DNA from: Candidatus Hydrogenedentota bacterium
Lineage (GTDB): Bacteria; Hydrogenedentota; Hydrogenedentia; Hydrogenedentales; SLHB01
DNA: 20,388 nt
Direction: 5' to 3'
Assembly: GCA_045863335.1 (NCBI GenBank)
Contig: BTVY01000077.1
Span: forward strand, 1 to 20,388
In this document: in pieces, positions 1 to 8,464 of the stretch
How the letters are laid out: every line of letters begins with the position of its first letter
How positions within the stretch are numbered: position 1 is the first letter of the stretch
The notes under the pieces: generated by a model
Told to the model about the DNA's origin: nothing
What the model saw: the letters and a program-made list of their open reading frames with translations, nothing else
Database searches by the model: none
Translations under genes and position numbers: made by a program

Positions 1-51
1 AGGACATTTCTAACGAGTTAAGCCAGAGGACATTTCTAACGAGTCTTGACA
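1..51. mobile_element. Terminal inverted repeat of an insertion sequence (IS1202/IS481-like; IS21 is an alternative); the element lies left of the window
   Basis: Ends in TTGACA (46-51, TGTCAA on the minus strand). It carries two copies of AGGACATTTCTAACGAGT (1-18, 27-44), and its reverse complement resembles 20335-20388. Confidence 0.8.
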
Positions 52-158
52 GCCAGCACGCGACTCCATTGCTAATTCCGGGCCGAAGTGCTAGTATTAC
101 AAAAGGCTCACGGGAGCACGACTCATCCGCGCGACATCACCCAACAAGGAAGGGGGGC

Positions 159-185
159 AATAAATGGTTACTGTCCCCATTTATT
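159..185. repeat. Palindrome AATAAATGG-ttactgtcc-CCATTTATT
   Basis: Perfect 9-bp inverted repeat with a 9-nt loop containing CTGTCCCC. It resembles the palindromes I associate with Y1/RAYT-like transposase gene ends. Confidence 0.45.
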
Positions 186-568
186 TACCATACCCTCGGT
201 TGCTGTTTCGGGCGCGGCGGTTCTCCCAAACGCAAACATCGGACCCGCGCCGTCAGCGTGGTATCTGCAAATGGATGTCTGGTTGCGAGAACCCTTCTCG
301 TCAGCAAATCGGAGAACCGAAACCGGATGGATGGCGTGGTGCGCGAAAACAGGCCGCGGACTGCGAAGGGAAAGTACTGCCCAAACGACGGCGGCCCGGT
401 CGAACTGCGCTGCCTCCGACGAGCTAAACGCAAGCTACCCATTCTCGGCACCGCACTACGCCCAGGCCGCCTAAGTCACCGGCAAGCAATCAGTTTACTC
501 ATCCCCCCAAGAATGCGTAACCGACAGAACGGCAAACCGCCCGCTTTGCCTCTTGACTTATACCTATC

Positions 569-784
569 ATGGATGTCCCCATTTATTCCTTGGAGGCTGC
601 GACGATTCAACTCTACAATGGAGCAAGTATCAGAAGACTTCTGCGTGATCAATGGCAACAGCTCAATTGGTACCGCTCCTGTTGGAGGTTCGACGAAAAC
701 GCGCCCGCTGGTGATCGTTGGGAATTCGTTCCAAACCAAAACAATTATGTGGAGAACGTCATTAGCGCGTACGAGGAGGAGTAG
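569..784 (+). pseudogene. Orphan C-terminal fragment (71 aa) of a possibly lysozyme/transglycosylase-like protein
   Basis: Protein-like sequence with 'LYNG...NYVENV' motifs. There is no clear RBS and an in-frame stop lies shortly upstream. Its stop is 4 nt before the next ATG, and its last codons (GAGGAGGAG) form the next gene's RBS. Confidence 0.4.
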
Positions 785-788
785 TGAA

Positions 789-2555
789 ATGGACGGGTTC
801 AAGGTAAAACGCCTAAAGCTTGTACTCATGATACTCGCCGCGCTCTTGCCGTGTCTTGCGTGGTCACAAGATTCTATGTTGACGAGCCGCCAAGTGTTGG
901 CAGAGCCAGTCGCGGGTCACGCGTTGCGCGACTTTCTCACTGGAGTGGCCCGGCCTTGTAGGGCGTGCTATCGGGATACTGTACCGAACCACAACATCCA
1001 CATCGCTAGAGTAGACCTGGATGGCGATGATGTTAACGATGTTCTCCTCTCGTCCGACGAGCAAACGAATGCTCAGGCGGGGAACGTTTGGAGCGTCTAC
1101 CTGTCAAGAAAAGGCGGGCGGTTCCCCGAGGACGAACTGATCAGCTTCCGTACCGACGCATTTCGTGTCGTCCACACAACGGCGACGGACGGCGATTTGA
1201 TTGCCGCGTATCTACCGGGAGGCGGCGGACAAGGCATATGGATCGGGATTGGCTGCAAGGACGGTGTGCTCATTACAGCACCGTTAGTGGACATCGCTCC
1301 TGACGCGGAAGTAAAGGACGAGGCCGCTGACTTACCCTCCGAGGGCGTGTTGCACGAATTCACGTTGTTGGAGTTGCGGAAGTGGTTGCCAGAGATATTC
1401 GCCCCTCCTCCGACTTCACTCTTCCCCGTCCCTCGATTGGGAGAGCCGATCGAGTACTACGATTTGGATGCATCAGGCCGACTTCTTCGGATTGACTACG
1501 CGGGACGCCGCGCAACTGTCCTTGGACGGATTCCCGTAGATGCTTTCGCGCCCTCCGCTGTGCCTTGGGGTGATTTCGTGGTAGGAGGCGATTGTCTCCA
1601 TCTCTTCAGCTCGACACCCGGAAAATCGCCCGCACATCTCCTGCGCTACGATCTTACCGATGGCGTAATCTCCCGTGTTGCGACCCCCTTCGAAGCGCTT
1701 TCGTTCTGCGGTGCACAACCTATTTCGCGCTCGGGGAGCGCGTTTTCGTACCTCGACGAAGCAGGCGCATACGTTTCCCGCCTAGTGACCTTCGACGGGC
1801 AGACCGAGGTCACAGTACTGAACCCTGGCGCCGGACCAGCACTTCCCGTCATATCGGACGCGTCCAGCCTCTATACGTACCATCCGTCTTCGACCCAAAG
1901 CAGCCTCGTGCTCAAGGTAGATCTGCGGTCGGGGGAAACTGTCGACGAGATCCACGCCGAACAGATTCCACAAGCTGATGCGTCCGAGGTCTACCTACCG
2001 ATCGGCGCTATCGACGGGGCCTACGCCGTACTTCTGAAGCATCTCAATGACGCTGAGGGGAGCACAGTGTATCTCCTCGATCTTGATCGCAAGGAAATAA
2101 TTGCCCGCACGCGCAATCCAATCCTCCGCGTCGGAGCCACGTGGCAAATCGGGCCTATCTTGGGAGAACAGAGCCACCTCCTGAGTTTTGAGCATCCTCC
2201 CATCTTACGTGATGATTCAGTCTCAGAGTGCACCATGCACTTGTTCACTGTCGACTTGGGAGCGGGCGAAATCTCGCTCGCCAAGACTATGCTATACGAC
2301 CCAGCGCGGGAGATCCCGCTCTTGAAGGCCGACACAGGTATAGAAGTATTCGCGCGATATCGGTTCGACTACGTGAGCATGCGCGACCTAATCGCCCCGT
2401 GGAGTGATAGCGCTCCGCAAACTTCACAAGAGCGAGAGGCGGCTATACGCGACTTGCAAACCCACTTGGTCGATCAAAGCACGATACCTCCGTGGGCTCT
2501 TGGAAATCCGACTCCTTACTCGATTACCGTGGAGCATCTTCACATCGAAGACTAA
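789..2555 (+). CDS. Secreted hypothetical protein: N-terminal domain with a DLDGDDVND loop plus a C-terminal beta-propeller-like region
   Basis: ATG at 789 follows GAGGAGGAG. Signal peptide MDGFKVKRLKLVLMILAALLPCLAWS. Repeated strand-turn motifs (YDLTDG, VDLRSG, LDLDRK, VDLGAG). The ORF-track extension from 69 is not protein-like. Confidence 0.75.
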   Translation: MDGFKVKRLKLVLMILAALLPCLAWSQDSMLTSRQVLAEPVAGHALRDFLTGVARPCRACYRDTVPNHNIHIARVDLDGDDVNDVLLSSDEQTNAQAGNVWSVYLSRKGGRFPEDELISFRTDAFRVVHTTATDGDLIAAYLPGGGGQGIWIGIGCKDGVLITAPLVDIAPDAEVKDEAADLPSEGVLHEFTLLELRKWLPEIFAPPPTSLFPVPRLGEPIEYYDLDASGRLLRIDYAGRRATVLGRIPVDAFAPSAVPWGDFVVGGDCLHLFSSTPGKSPAHLLRYDLTDGVISRVATPFEALSFCGAQPISRSGSAFSYLDEAGAYVSRLVTFDGQTEVTVLNPGAGPALPVISDASSLYTYHPSSTQSSLVLKVDLRSGETVDEIHAEQIPQADASEVYLPIGAIDGAYAVLLKHLNDAEGSTVYLLDLDRKEIIARTRNPILRVGATWQIGPILGEQSHLLSFEHPPILRDDSVSECTMHLFTVDLGAGEISLAKTMLYDPAREIPLLKADTGIEVFARYRFDYVSMRDLIAPWSDSAPQTSQEREAAIRDLQTHLVDQSTIPPWALGNPTPYSITVEHLHIED

Positions 2556-2562
2556 GGATCGT

Positions 2563-2952
2563 ATGAGACCAGGGGAATTTCCGGGGACGACGGTCGCCTC
2601 AACGGCGGCGGCGGGGACGAACTCGGTGTTCGACCATTGGGAAGGCGGTGCGTCGGGGACGGCGAACCCGGTTAACGTGGTGGTGAATGGGAATACGGCG
2701 GTGCGGGCGGTGTTCGTGCCGCGTTTCACGGTGACGGTGGCGGTGGAAGGCAGCGGGTCGGTCGACCCCGACGGCGGGACCTTTGATGGGGGTTCGCAGA
2801 TCAACCTGACCGCCACGCCGTCCGGGCAGGACGTGTACTTCATCGAGTGGCAAGGCGACCTCACCGGTCCGACAACCCCGCCACGCCAAGGAACTGTACG
2901 GTGTGCGCGACGTGATGTCGTGAGCACATCGACCGCATGGGCCTCAATGTAG
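2563..2952 (+). pseudogene. Truncated fragment of an InlB-B-repeat (Flg_new-like) surface protein
   Basis: GTTVASTAAAGTNSVFDHWEGGASGTANPVNVVVNGNTAVRAVF and FTVTVAVEGSGSVDPDGGTFDGGSQINLTATPS..FIEWQGDLTG are two partial repeats. There is no signal peptide and the similarity stops near 2880. Confidence 0.7.
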
Positions 2953-3126
2953 GACGGGAATGGTTCCCGTCCAGGACGTTCTGAGGCGCCAACCATCCAC
3001 AGTCAAGCTGAGATGCGCAGTATGCGCCGGGGATTTGGTGGGTGTGGGTTCCTGTACGAACCTGGGCGTTGGGTCTGCGCGTGGTTGGTCGTGAATGGGA
3101 CTGGTCGGGAATCATTCCCGACCTAC
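2949..3126. repeat. REP doublet (REPIN-like): two inverted GTAG-hairpin units
   Basis: GTAGGACGGGAATGGTTCCCGTCCAG (2949-2974, +) and GTAGGTCGGGAATGATTCCCGACCAG (3101-3126, -) are 23/26 identical. Each has a 9-bp stem and a 3-nt loop. Confidence 0.8.
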
Positions 3127-3181
3127 GGGGGAACTCTGATCGCGGGAGCGGAACTTGGGTTTGCAGATGGCCCGTGCTTAT

Positions 3182-3320
3182 CGGCCCGTGGCAAAAATCC
3201 AATTGCGGTGATTTTTCGCGTTCCGCCTTCCACGGCGGGTGTGAAATTCCTTGGAAATCCATGGCTTCGAGACTCGCCCGGCATGGAAAACGGGCGCTAC
3301 GGGACTTTTGCCACGGGCTG
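3182..3320. mobile_element. MITE (non-autonomous, IS5/IS1182-like ends)
   Basis: TIRs CGGCCCGTGGCAAAAATCC (3182-3200) and reverse-complement CAGCCCGTGGCAAAAGTCC (3302-3320) match 17/19. Flanks are TTAT and TTAG. No transposase. Confidence 0.7.
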
Positions 3321-3437
3321 TTAGGGCCACCCCTCGCGGCACGTCGCGGCGTGCGATTTGGCCGTTCCGGCGTGGTCGTGGTACCTTGTCGCCAGCGTGA
3401 AGGAAGGATTGACCGCCATTGCCATTCAGGGGGTAGC

Positions 3438-5513
3438 GTGCTTGCCATTTATTTGCTGACGCTCGGGGTGTCCGCCGGGGTCGTCGGAGTTTTTTTTCGG
3501 ACGATGCTCGCGGAGGCGGGCTACATTCCCGAATTTCAGGCGGGCGTTGCCGTGGCCGTCGGCGCGGCGAGCGCGTATATCGCATTGCAGCTTCTTTTCA
3601 TGACGGTCATCCGGTTCTTCTGGCCGACGCGGTCGCATGTGCCGGTCCTCGCGGATTGCGTGTCGCATGGTTCCGTGGTGTTCCTCTTGCCGGCGCTGTC
3701 CGGAGCGGAGTTCAACTGGCCCCACCCCATCCTCGAACGCGTCGAGCCGTTGATCTTTTTTGGACTGTTTCTCGGCGCCCACGCGCTGCTGAAGCTTTTT
3801 TCGTTCTACGCGGTTTTGCAGGCGGAGCCGGGTAAACGGTTGGGTTCCGTGTTTTGGGCGGTTGCGGTACTCGTCTTCGCCCTGGGGGCCTACGTGCCAT
3901 TTACGTGGTGGCTGGAGAGCGTGCGCGGGTTTCAACCGCGGGCCGCAACGGACCTCGAGGCCTACGAATACGAAGGGGCCTACGCCGTTGCCCGGGCGGT
4001 TCCAGAGGGCGCGTTGGTCGAGACCGACATTTCGCAAACGACTGGAGCCGGCTTGACCTTCCGGTGGGCGCCGGTCGCGGATGACACCGACGATGACCCC
4101 CTGGCAGGGGTGTTCGCATCCGTCACGATGGACGGCGAGGAGACGTCGACGTACAGCGCGTGGGTTCCCTTCGATGGCGCCGGTTGGTCGGTAATGGAGG
4201 TGCCTTCTGACGCGGTTCCCGAGAATCTGACCGCGTGCGGCGTGTTCTGGTACGAGGAGCAGGAGCCGAAATGGCGCTCCGCACTGGGTATCCGGCCTAT
4301 CATTCAAGAAGGCCGCGAAGTCATGGTGGCGGGCCCCTTTGCGCATGCCCCTGCGACAGCGGAGGACGCGCGTCCCAATGTGGTCATCGTGGTCGTGGAC
4401 GGACTCGGCACAGATCGGGTCTCCGAATTCGGCGGGCGCGAAGAGTTGACCCCGTTCCTGGATAACTTTGAACAAATGGCGGTGGTGTTTCCCAACATGT
4501 ACACGCCGGCGCCTTATCCCGAATCCGCGCTGATGACCATCCTGACAGGAGCGAGTCCCTTAACCCACGGTTATCTCGGGGAACACCAGGGGCCGTTGCC
4601 GGAATCGTGTGCGACGATTGCCGAAGCGCTGGGCGCGAGCGGATATGCGACCGCGGCGTTTATGGAAGGCGAAGCGCGGACGGGTTTTGATTTCGGCAGT
4701 GGATTTGAGCGCGGGTTCGAACATTACGATGTCTCGTACACGACTGAGGAGCCGGACGTCATCGATGAAGACGCGGAACCGGCGGCATTGGGCTCGGCGC
4801 GGACGCTCGCGCGCGCCCTGCACTGGATCAACGTGAACCAGCACGCGAAGTTTGCCGTGGTCCTGTACCTCGGCGAGTTGCGCGACATGACGTACCACCC
4901 GTATTACGACGGTGCGGGCACAACGGAGGGCAAGCCCTCGAACGAAGCCACGTACAACGCGGGGCTTCGTCACTTGGACGAGCAAATCGGCGAATTCGTG
5001 CGCGGTCTTCGCGGTCTTGAATTGGCTCAGAATGCGTGCGTGGTCGTCACGTCGACCCATGGCGCGGATTTCACCCCGCCCGCGAAGCTTACGGAATCCG
5101 TGTTGCGAATCCCCATGTGGATTGCCGCGCCGGGACTCGAACCAGTCGTTCGCCGCGACCTCGCCTCCTTGGAGCAGGTGGCCCCGACTGTGGCCGGATT
5201 GGCGGGGATCGACTTCGCGGATACCCGGAGTCTCCTGGTGAACCCGGTGACGGTCGAGCCGATCTCCATGGCAACGCCACCGTTGGTGCTGACCATCCGG
5301 AACGACCGGTGGCGGCTGTATTGGTCAACGCAACTCGACCCGTTCACCGGAGCGCGTAGCGGTGATTCGCCGAAGGCTTCCCTCTTCGACCTCACGCGCC
5401 TGCGTACGGGGCAGACCTTGCAGGACGTGGCGTCGCAACAACCCGATATCGTCCAACGCTGGACTGCGCGACTGCAGGCGTATTTGGAGAATCAGACCGC
5501 CCTCTGGCGGTAA
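3438..5513 (+). CDS. Membrane-anchored sulfatase/alkaline-phosphatase-fold protein with a degenerate active site
   Basis: GTG start after AGGGGG. About five N-terminal hydrophobic segments, then RPNVVIVVVDGL...TPFLD...F.NMYT...ILTG...GYATAAF...GFERGF...LDEQIG...VVVTSTHG...LRIPMWI..PG. Confidence 0.8.
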   Translation: MLAIYLLTLGVSAGVVGVFFRTMLAEAGYIPEFQAGVAVAVGAASAYIALQLLFMTVIRFFWPTRSHVPVLADCVSHGSVVFLLPALSGAEFNWPHPILERVEPLIFFGLFLGAHALLKLFSFYAVLQAEPGKRLGSVFWAVAVLVFALGAYVPFTWWLESVRGFQPRAATDLEAYEYEGAYAVARAVPEGALVETDISQTTGAGLTFRWAPVADDTDDDPLAGVFASVTMDGEETSTYSAWVPFDGAGWSVMEVPSDAVPENLTACGVFWYEEQEPKWRSALGIRPIIQEGREVMVAGPFAHAPATAEDARPNVVIVVVDGLGTDRVSEFGGREELTPFLDNFEQMAVVFPNMYTPAPYPESALMTILTGASPLTHGYLGEHQGPLPESCATIAEALGASGYATAAFMEGEARTGFDFGSGFERGFEHYDVSYTTEEPDVIDEDAEPAALGSARTLARALHWINVNQHAKFAVVLYLGELRDMTYHPYYDGAGTTEGKPSNEATYNAGLRHLDEQIGEFVRGLRGLELAQNACVVVTSTHGADFTPPAKLTESVLRIPMWIAAPGLEPVVRRDLASLEQVAPTVAGLAGIDFADTRSLLVNPVTVEPISMATPPLVLTIRNDRWRLYWSTQLDPFTGARSGDSPKASLFDLTRLRTGQTLQDVASQQPDIVQRWTARLQAYLENQTALWR

Positions 5514-5617
5514 CGTTCCCGTATTTCCAGACCCCGAGACGCTTATCACGGCCGAACCCCGAATCGGCTGGACGATCATGGTAAACTGTCCGTTCATGTC
5601 AGGGAGGGTTGGTCGCG

Positions 5618-5917
5618 ATGGCATACGAAATGCTCATGGGGTTGAATGTAATTGACGACGCGGCGTACCAGGCGTATCGCGATGCGATGATGCCGATTCT
5701 CACCGAGCATGGCGGTGGTTTCGGGTACGACTTTCGGGTATCCGAAGTGTTGCGGTCGGCATCGGATGCGCCAATCAACCGGGTGTTCACGATTTACTTC
5801 CCCGACGAAGGGGCCAAGAACGCGTTTTTCTCCAATGAGGCGTATCTTGCCGTGCGGCAGAAGCACTTCGAAGCCGCCGTCGCGGACACCACCGTGCTTG
5901 CCAAGTATGAACGGTGA
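5618..5917 (+). CDS. DUF1330 domain-containing protein (dimeric alpha-beta barrel)
   Basis: RBS GGGAGG upstream of ATG 5618. The pattern V.DDAAYQAYRDAMMPIL.EHGG.F...FP......AFF....Y is typical of DUF1330. Confidence 0.8.
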   Translation: MAYEMLMGLNVIDDAAYQAYRDAMMPILTEHGGGFGYDFRVSEVLRSASDAPINRVFTIYFPDEGAKNAFFSNEAYLAVRQKHFEAAVADTTVLAKYER

Positions 5918-6126
5918 TTCGCGTTCGTGCGTTGGTGAGGGGATGCGCCCGCCAGTGCGGAGTTGGTACTGCCTCTCCCCCGCTCTGCCCGAGAATGCGA
6001 AACATTTCTGGTTTGCACGGATAGCACGAGACTTTCGCGATTTCGTGCTCGATGACGATGGGTTTGGGGTCGTTGGGTTTGCGTGCTTGTACCTCGTTCG
6101 GCGCGAATCGAAGCTACAATCTTGGG

Positions 6127-6155
6127 TTGCGCCTCGGTCGCGAGGTCTATAGGCT
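6127..6155 (+). promoter_or_regulatory. Putative sigma70-type promoter TTGCGC-N17-TAGGCT
   Basis: Canonical 17-nt spacing, ~50 nt upstream of ATG 6204. The same hexamers recur at 20228-20256 on the minus strand. Confidence 0.5.
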
Positions 6156-6203
6156 ATGAAGCCGGTGCAATACCCCCTATTGCGAGGGCTGGAGGATTCT
6201 ACA

Positions 6204-8453
6204 ATGTCCCGATCGATACCGATCACGCTTATGCTTGCCTGTGCATTCTGTCTAATTACCGCCCATGCGGAATTTCCGATTCCCGAGAATCATTTATGGC
6301 AACCTATCGTGGACGAGGTGTACCTGCAGGAGGTGAGCAGCCACATCATGACCGATTCGCCATTGACTGCGGTGGCCGTGTTTGAGGGCACGGCATACGT
6401 GGGCAATGATCAAGGCGTCTTGACCGTGGCCGGGGACGCGTTGAAGCCCGTCGACGGTATCGAGTTCGGGTCCGTGTCGCGTTTGAAGGTGTTGGATGAC
6501 GCGCTGTGGGCCGTCGCTTCAACGGGACTATGGCGCTACGACGGGAGCACGTGGAACCGGACCACGGACATGGCCGTGGCGGATCTGTGCGTGTATCGCG
6601 ACGCGGTCGTATTTGCGTCTGGAACGACGCTGTTTGGGATTCATGGTGGCGTGGTGACCGCGTTGACGGGCGGCAAAACGGAACCAATTCTTGGCGTGGC
6701 ATCTTACGCCGGAACGATCTACGTCCACGACGGCAAGCGCGTGGGACTGTTGGAGTCCGGCGAAATCACCTACGACTACATTGCCGACTGGGGTGTGCTG
6801 GAGCGTGGCTGTACGATTCGCGACATGATGGCACACGGCAGCCGCCTGTACTTCGCCACAGACGAAGGGATCAATCTGCTTCGCGGGATGACGTGGTACC
6901 AGATCACCGGCGAAGACGGCCTCTGCTACGAGGACTCGACGTGTCTGGCAACAGGCTTCGATCGCGATCTCTGGATCGGCACGATGCGCGGCGCAATTCG
7001 CAACGTGAACGACGAGTATCAGTATTTCGGATACACGCGCTGGCTTCCCCATGACAAGGTTAATGCGATTGCTTGTGGCGACAAAGTCGCCTACATCGCC
7101 ACCGATGGTGGTCTCGGCATCATTACCTACGAACCGTTCACCCTGGCGAAGAAGGCCGCGTATTACGAGCGTTGGCTGGACGAGTGGGGCATGAAACGCC
7201 TCGGCTTCATCCATTCTCTATTCTTAGTCGACGGCGAATGGCTGCGCGAAGTCAGCGACAACGACGTCGGCTACAGCAGCCACTATGCCAGCGCCAAGTC
7301 TTTCGAGTATGCCGTCACCGGAAGCAAGGAAGCCCGCGACGAATCCCTCGACATGATGAAGTCCATGGTGTGGAGCGAACGCATCACGCCCATGAAGGGG
7401 TTTCCGGCCCGGTCCATCTATCACGTCGGGGAGCCGACCGTAAAAGCGATGCACGGTTCCGGTGGACTGCCCGCGGAATGGCACGCTACGCCAGACGGGC
7501 AGTGGGAATGGAAAGGCGATACCTCAAGCGACGAGACAGACGCGCACGTGTACGAAACGACCGTGTTCTTGAACTGCGTTGCGAACGAAGAAGAGCGCAA
7601 GTGGGCCACAGAACACTTGCATCGTGTCATCGGCCACATCGTGGATAACGGATTTCTACTTCGCGATGTGGATGGCGAACCGACGCGTTGGGCGCGTTGG
7701 GATCCAGAATACTTGCAGACGCCTTATGGCTACTACGCGCGCGGCCTGAACGGAATGGAAGCGTTCAACTACGTGACCACTGCGTATCATTTCACCGGCG
7801 ATCCCAAGTTCATGACGGCGAAGGATCAGTTGCTGGAATGGAATTACCAGGCGGACATCCTGCGTCAAAAACTGACCTTCCACCCCGGATACTTCACGCA
7901 CTTTGACGACCGCCTGGCCTTTTACTCCTACTATCCCCTCGTTCAATACGAAAAAGACCCCGACCTGAAGACGCTCTGGTTGCGCAGTCTGGAGCGCAGT
8001 TGGGAAGTGAAACGCATCTCAGCGGTGCCCTGGTTCAACTTCATCTATGGCGCGCTCACGGGGAATGACGCGGAGACCGATCGCGCGGTCGATCACTTGC
8101 GCGACTGGCCGCTCGATCTCCGCCGGTATCAGTACACGAACTCCCACCGCGATGATCTGCACACGCCGGAAGGGTATCGCGAATACGCCAACCGGCCGCG
8201 GCCCTTGAGTCCTCGCGAAACCGAACCCAATCGATGGGACGGCGACTTCTTGCGTCTGGACGGCGGCTACAGCACCGTCATCGCCGATCCCGGTGGCTGG
8301 CTGGACGCCTACTGGATGGGCCGGTACTACGGAATGATCACGGCGCCGCAGACCGATGACAAGTCTTTGACGACCGTACCGGAACGCAACATTCAGGTCG
8401 GCGCGAAGCCGTATGAGGGACCTGCGCGGCCGAAACTGTATTTCGAGAAGTAG
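6204..8453 (+). CDS. Secreted protein: N-terminal beta-propeller plus C-terminal (alpha/alpha)-barrel six-hairpin glycosidase-like domain
   Basis: GGAGGA RBS and signal peptide MSRSIPITLMLACAFCLITAHA. Propeller-type repeats (LWAVASTGL, LYFATDEGI, LWIGTMRGA, YIATDGGL). C-terminal motifs SDNDVG, WKGDTSSDE, L.D.DG.PTRW and AYWMGRY. Confidence 0.8.
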   Translation: MSRSIPITLMLACAFCLITAHAEFPIPENHLWQPIVDEVYLQEVSSHIMTDSPLTAVAVFEGTAYVGNDQGVLTVAGDALKPVDGIEFGSVSRLKVLDDALWAVASTGLWRYDGSTWNRTTDMAVADLCVYRDAVVFASGTTLFGIHGGVVTALTGGKTEPILGVASYAGTIYVHDGKRVGLLESGEITYDYIADWGVLERGCTIRDMMAHGSRLYFATDEGINLLRGMTWYQITGEDGLCYEDSTCLATGFDRDLWIGTMRGAIRNVNDEYQYFGYTRWLPHDKVNAIACGDKVAYIATDGGLGIITYEPFTLAKKAAYYERWLDEWGMKRLGFIHSLFLVDGEWLREVSDNDVGYSSHYASAKSFEYAVTGSKEARDESLDMMKSMVWSERITPMKGFPARSIYHVGEPTVKAMHGSGGLPAEWHATPDGQWEWKGDTSSDETDAHVYETTVFLNCVANEEERKWATEHLHRVIGHIVDNGFLLRDVDGEPTRWARWDPEYLQTPYGYYARGLNGMEAFNYVTTAYHFTGDPKFMTAKDQLLEWNYQADILRQKLTFHPGYFTHFDDRLAFYSYYPLVQYEKDPDLKTLWLRSLERSWEVKRISAVPWFNFIYGALTGNDAETDRAVDHLRDWPLDLRRYQYTNSHRDDLHTPEGYREYANRPRPLSPRETEPNRWDGDFLRLDGGYSTVIADPGGWLDAYWMGRYYGMITAPQTDDKSLTTVPERNIQVGAKPYEGPARPKLYFEK

Positions 8454-8464
8454 GGGTGTCGTTC

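Noticed and set aside
1-56. 18-bp direct repeats at the window start as a CRISPR array or iterons
   Set aside because: Only two copies with an 8-nt gap, no cas or rep genes, and they are mirrored at the other edge with TGTCAA termini. IS ends explain them better.
69-788. N-terminal 240 codons of the 828-aa ORF
   Set aside because: Arg-rich and not protein-like. The RBS and signal peptide point to ATG 789.
3042-3437. N-terminal extension of the sulfatase-like ORF
   Set aside because: It runs through the REP and MITE sequence and is open by chance. The hydrophobic protein begins at GTG 3438.
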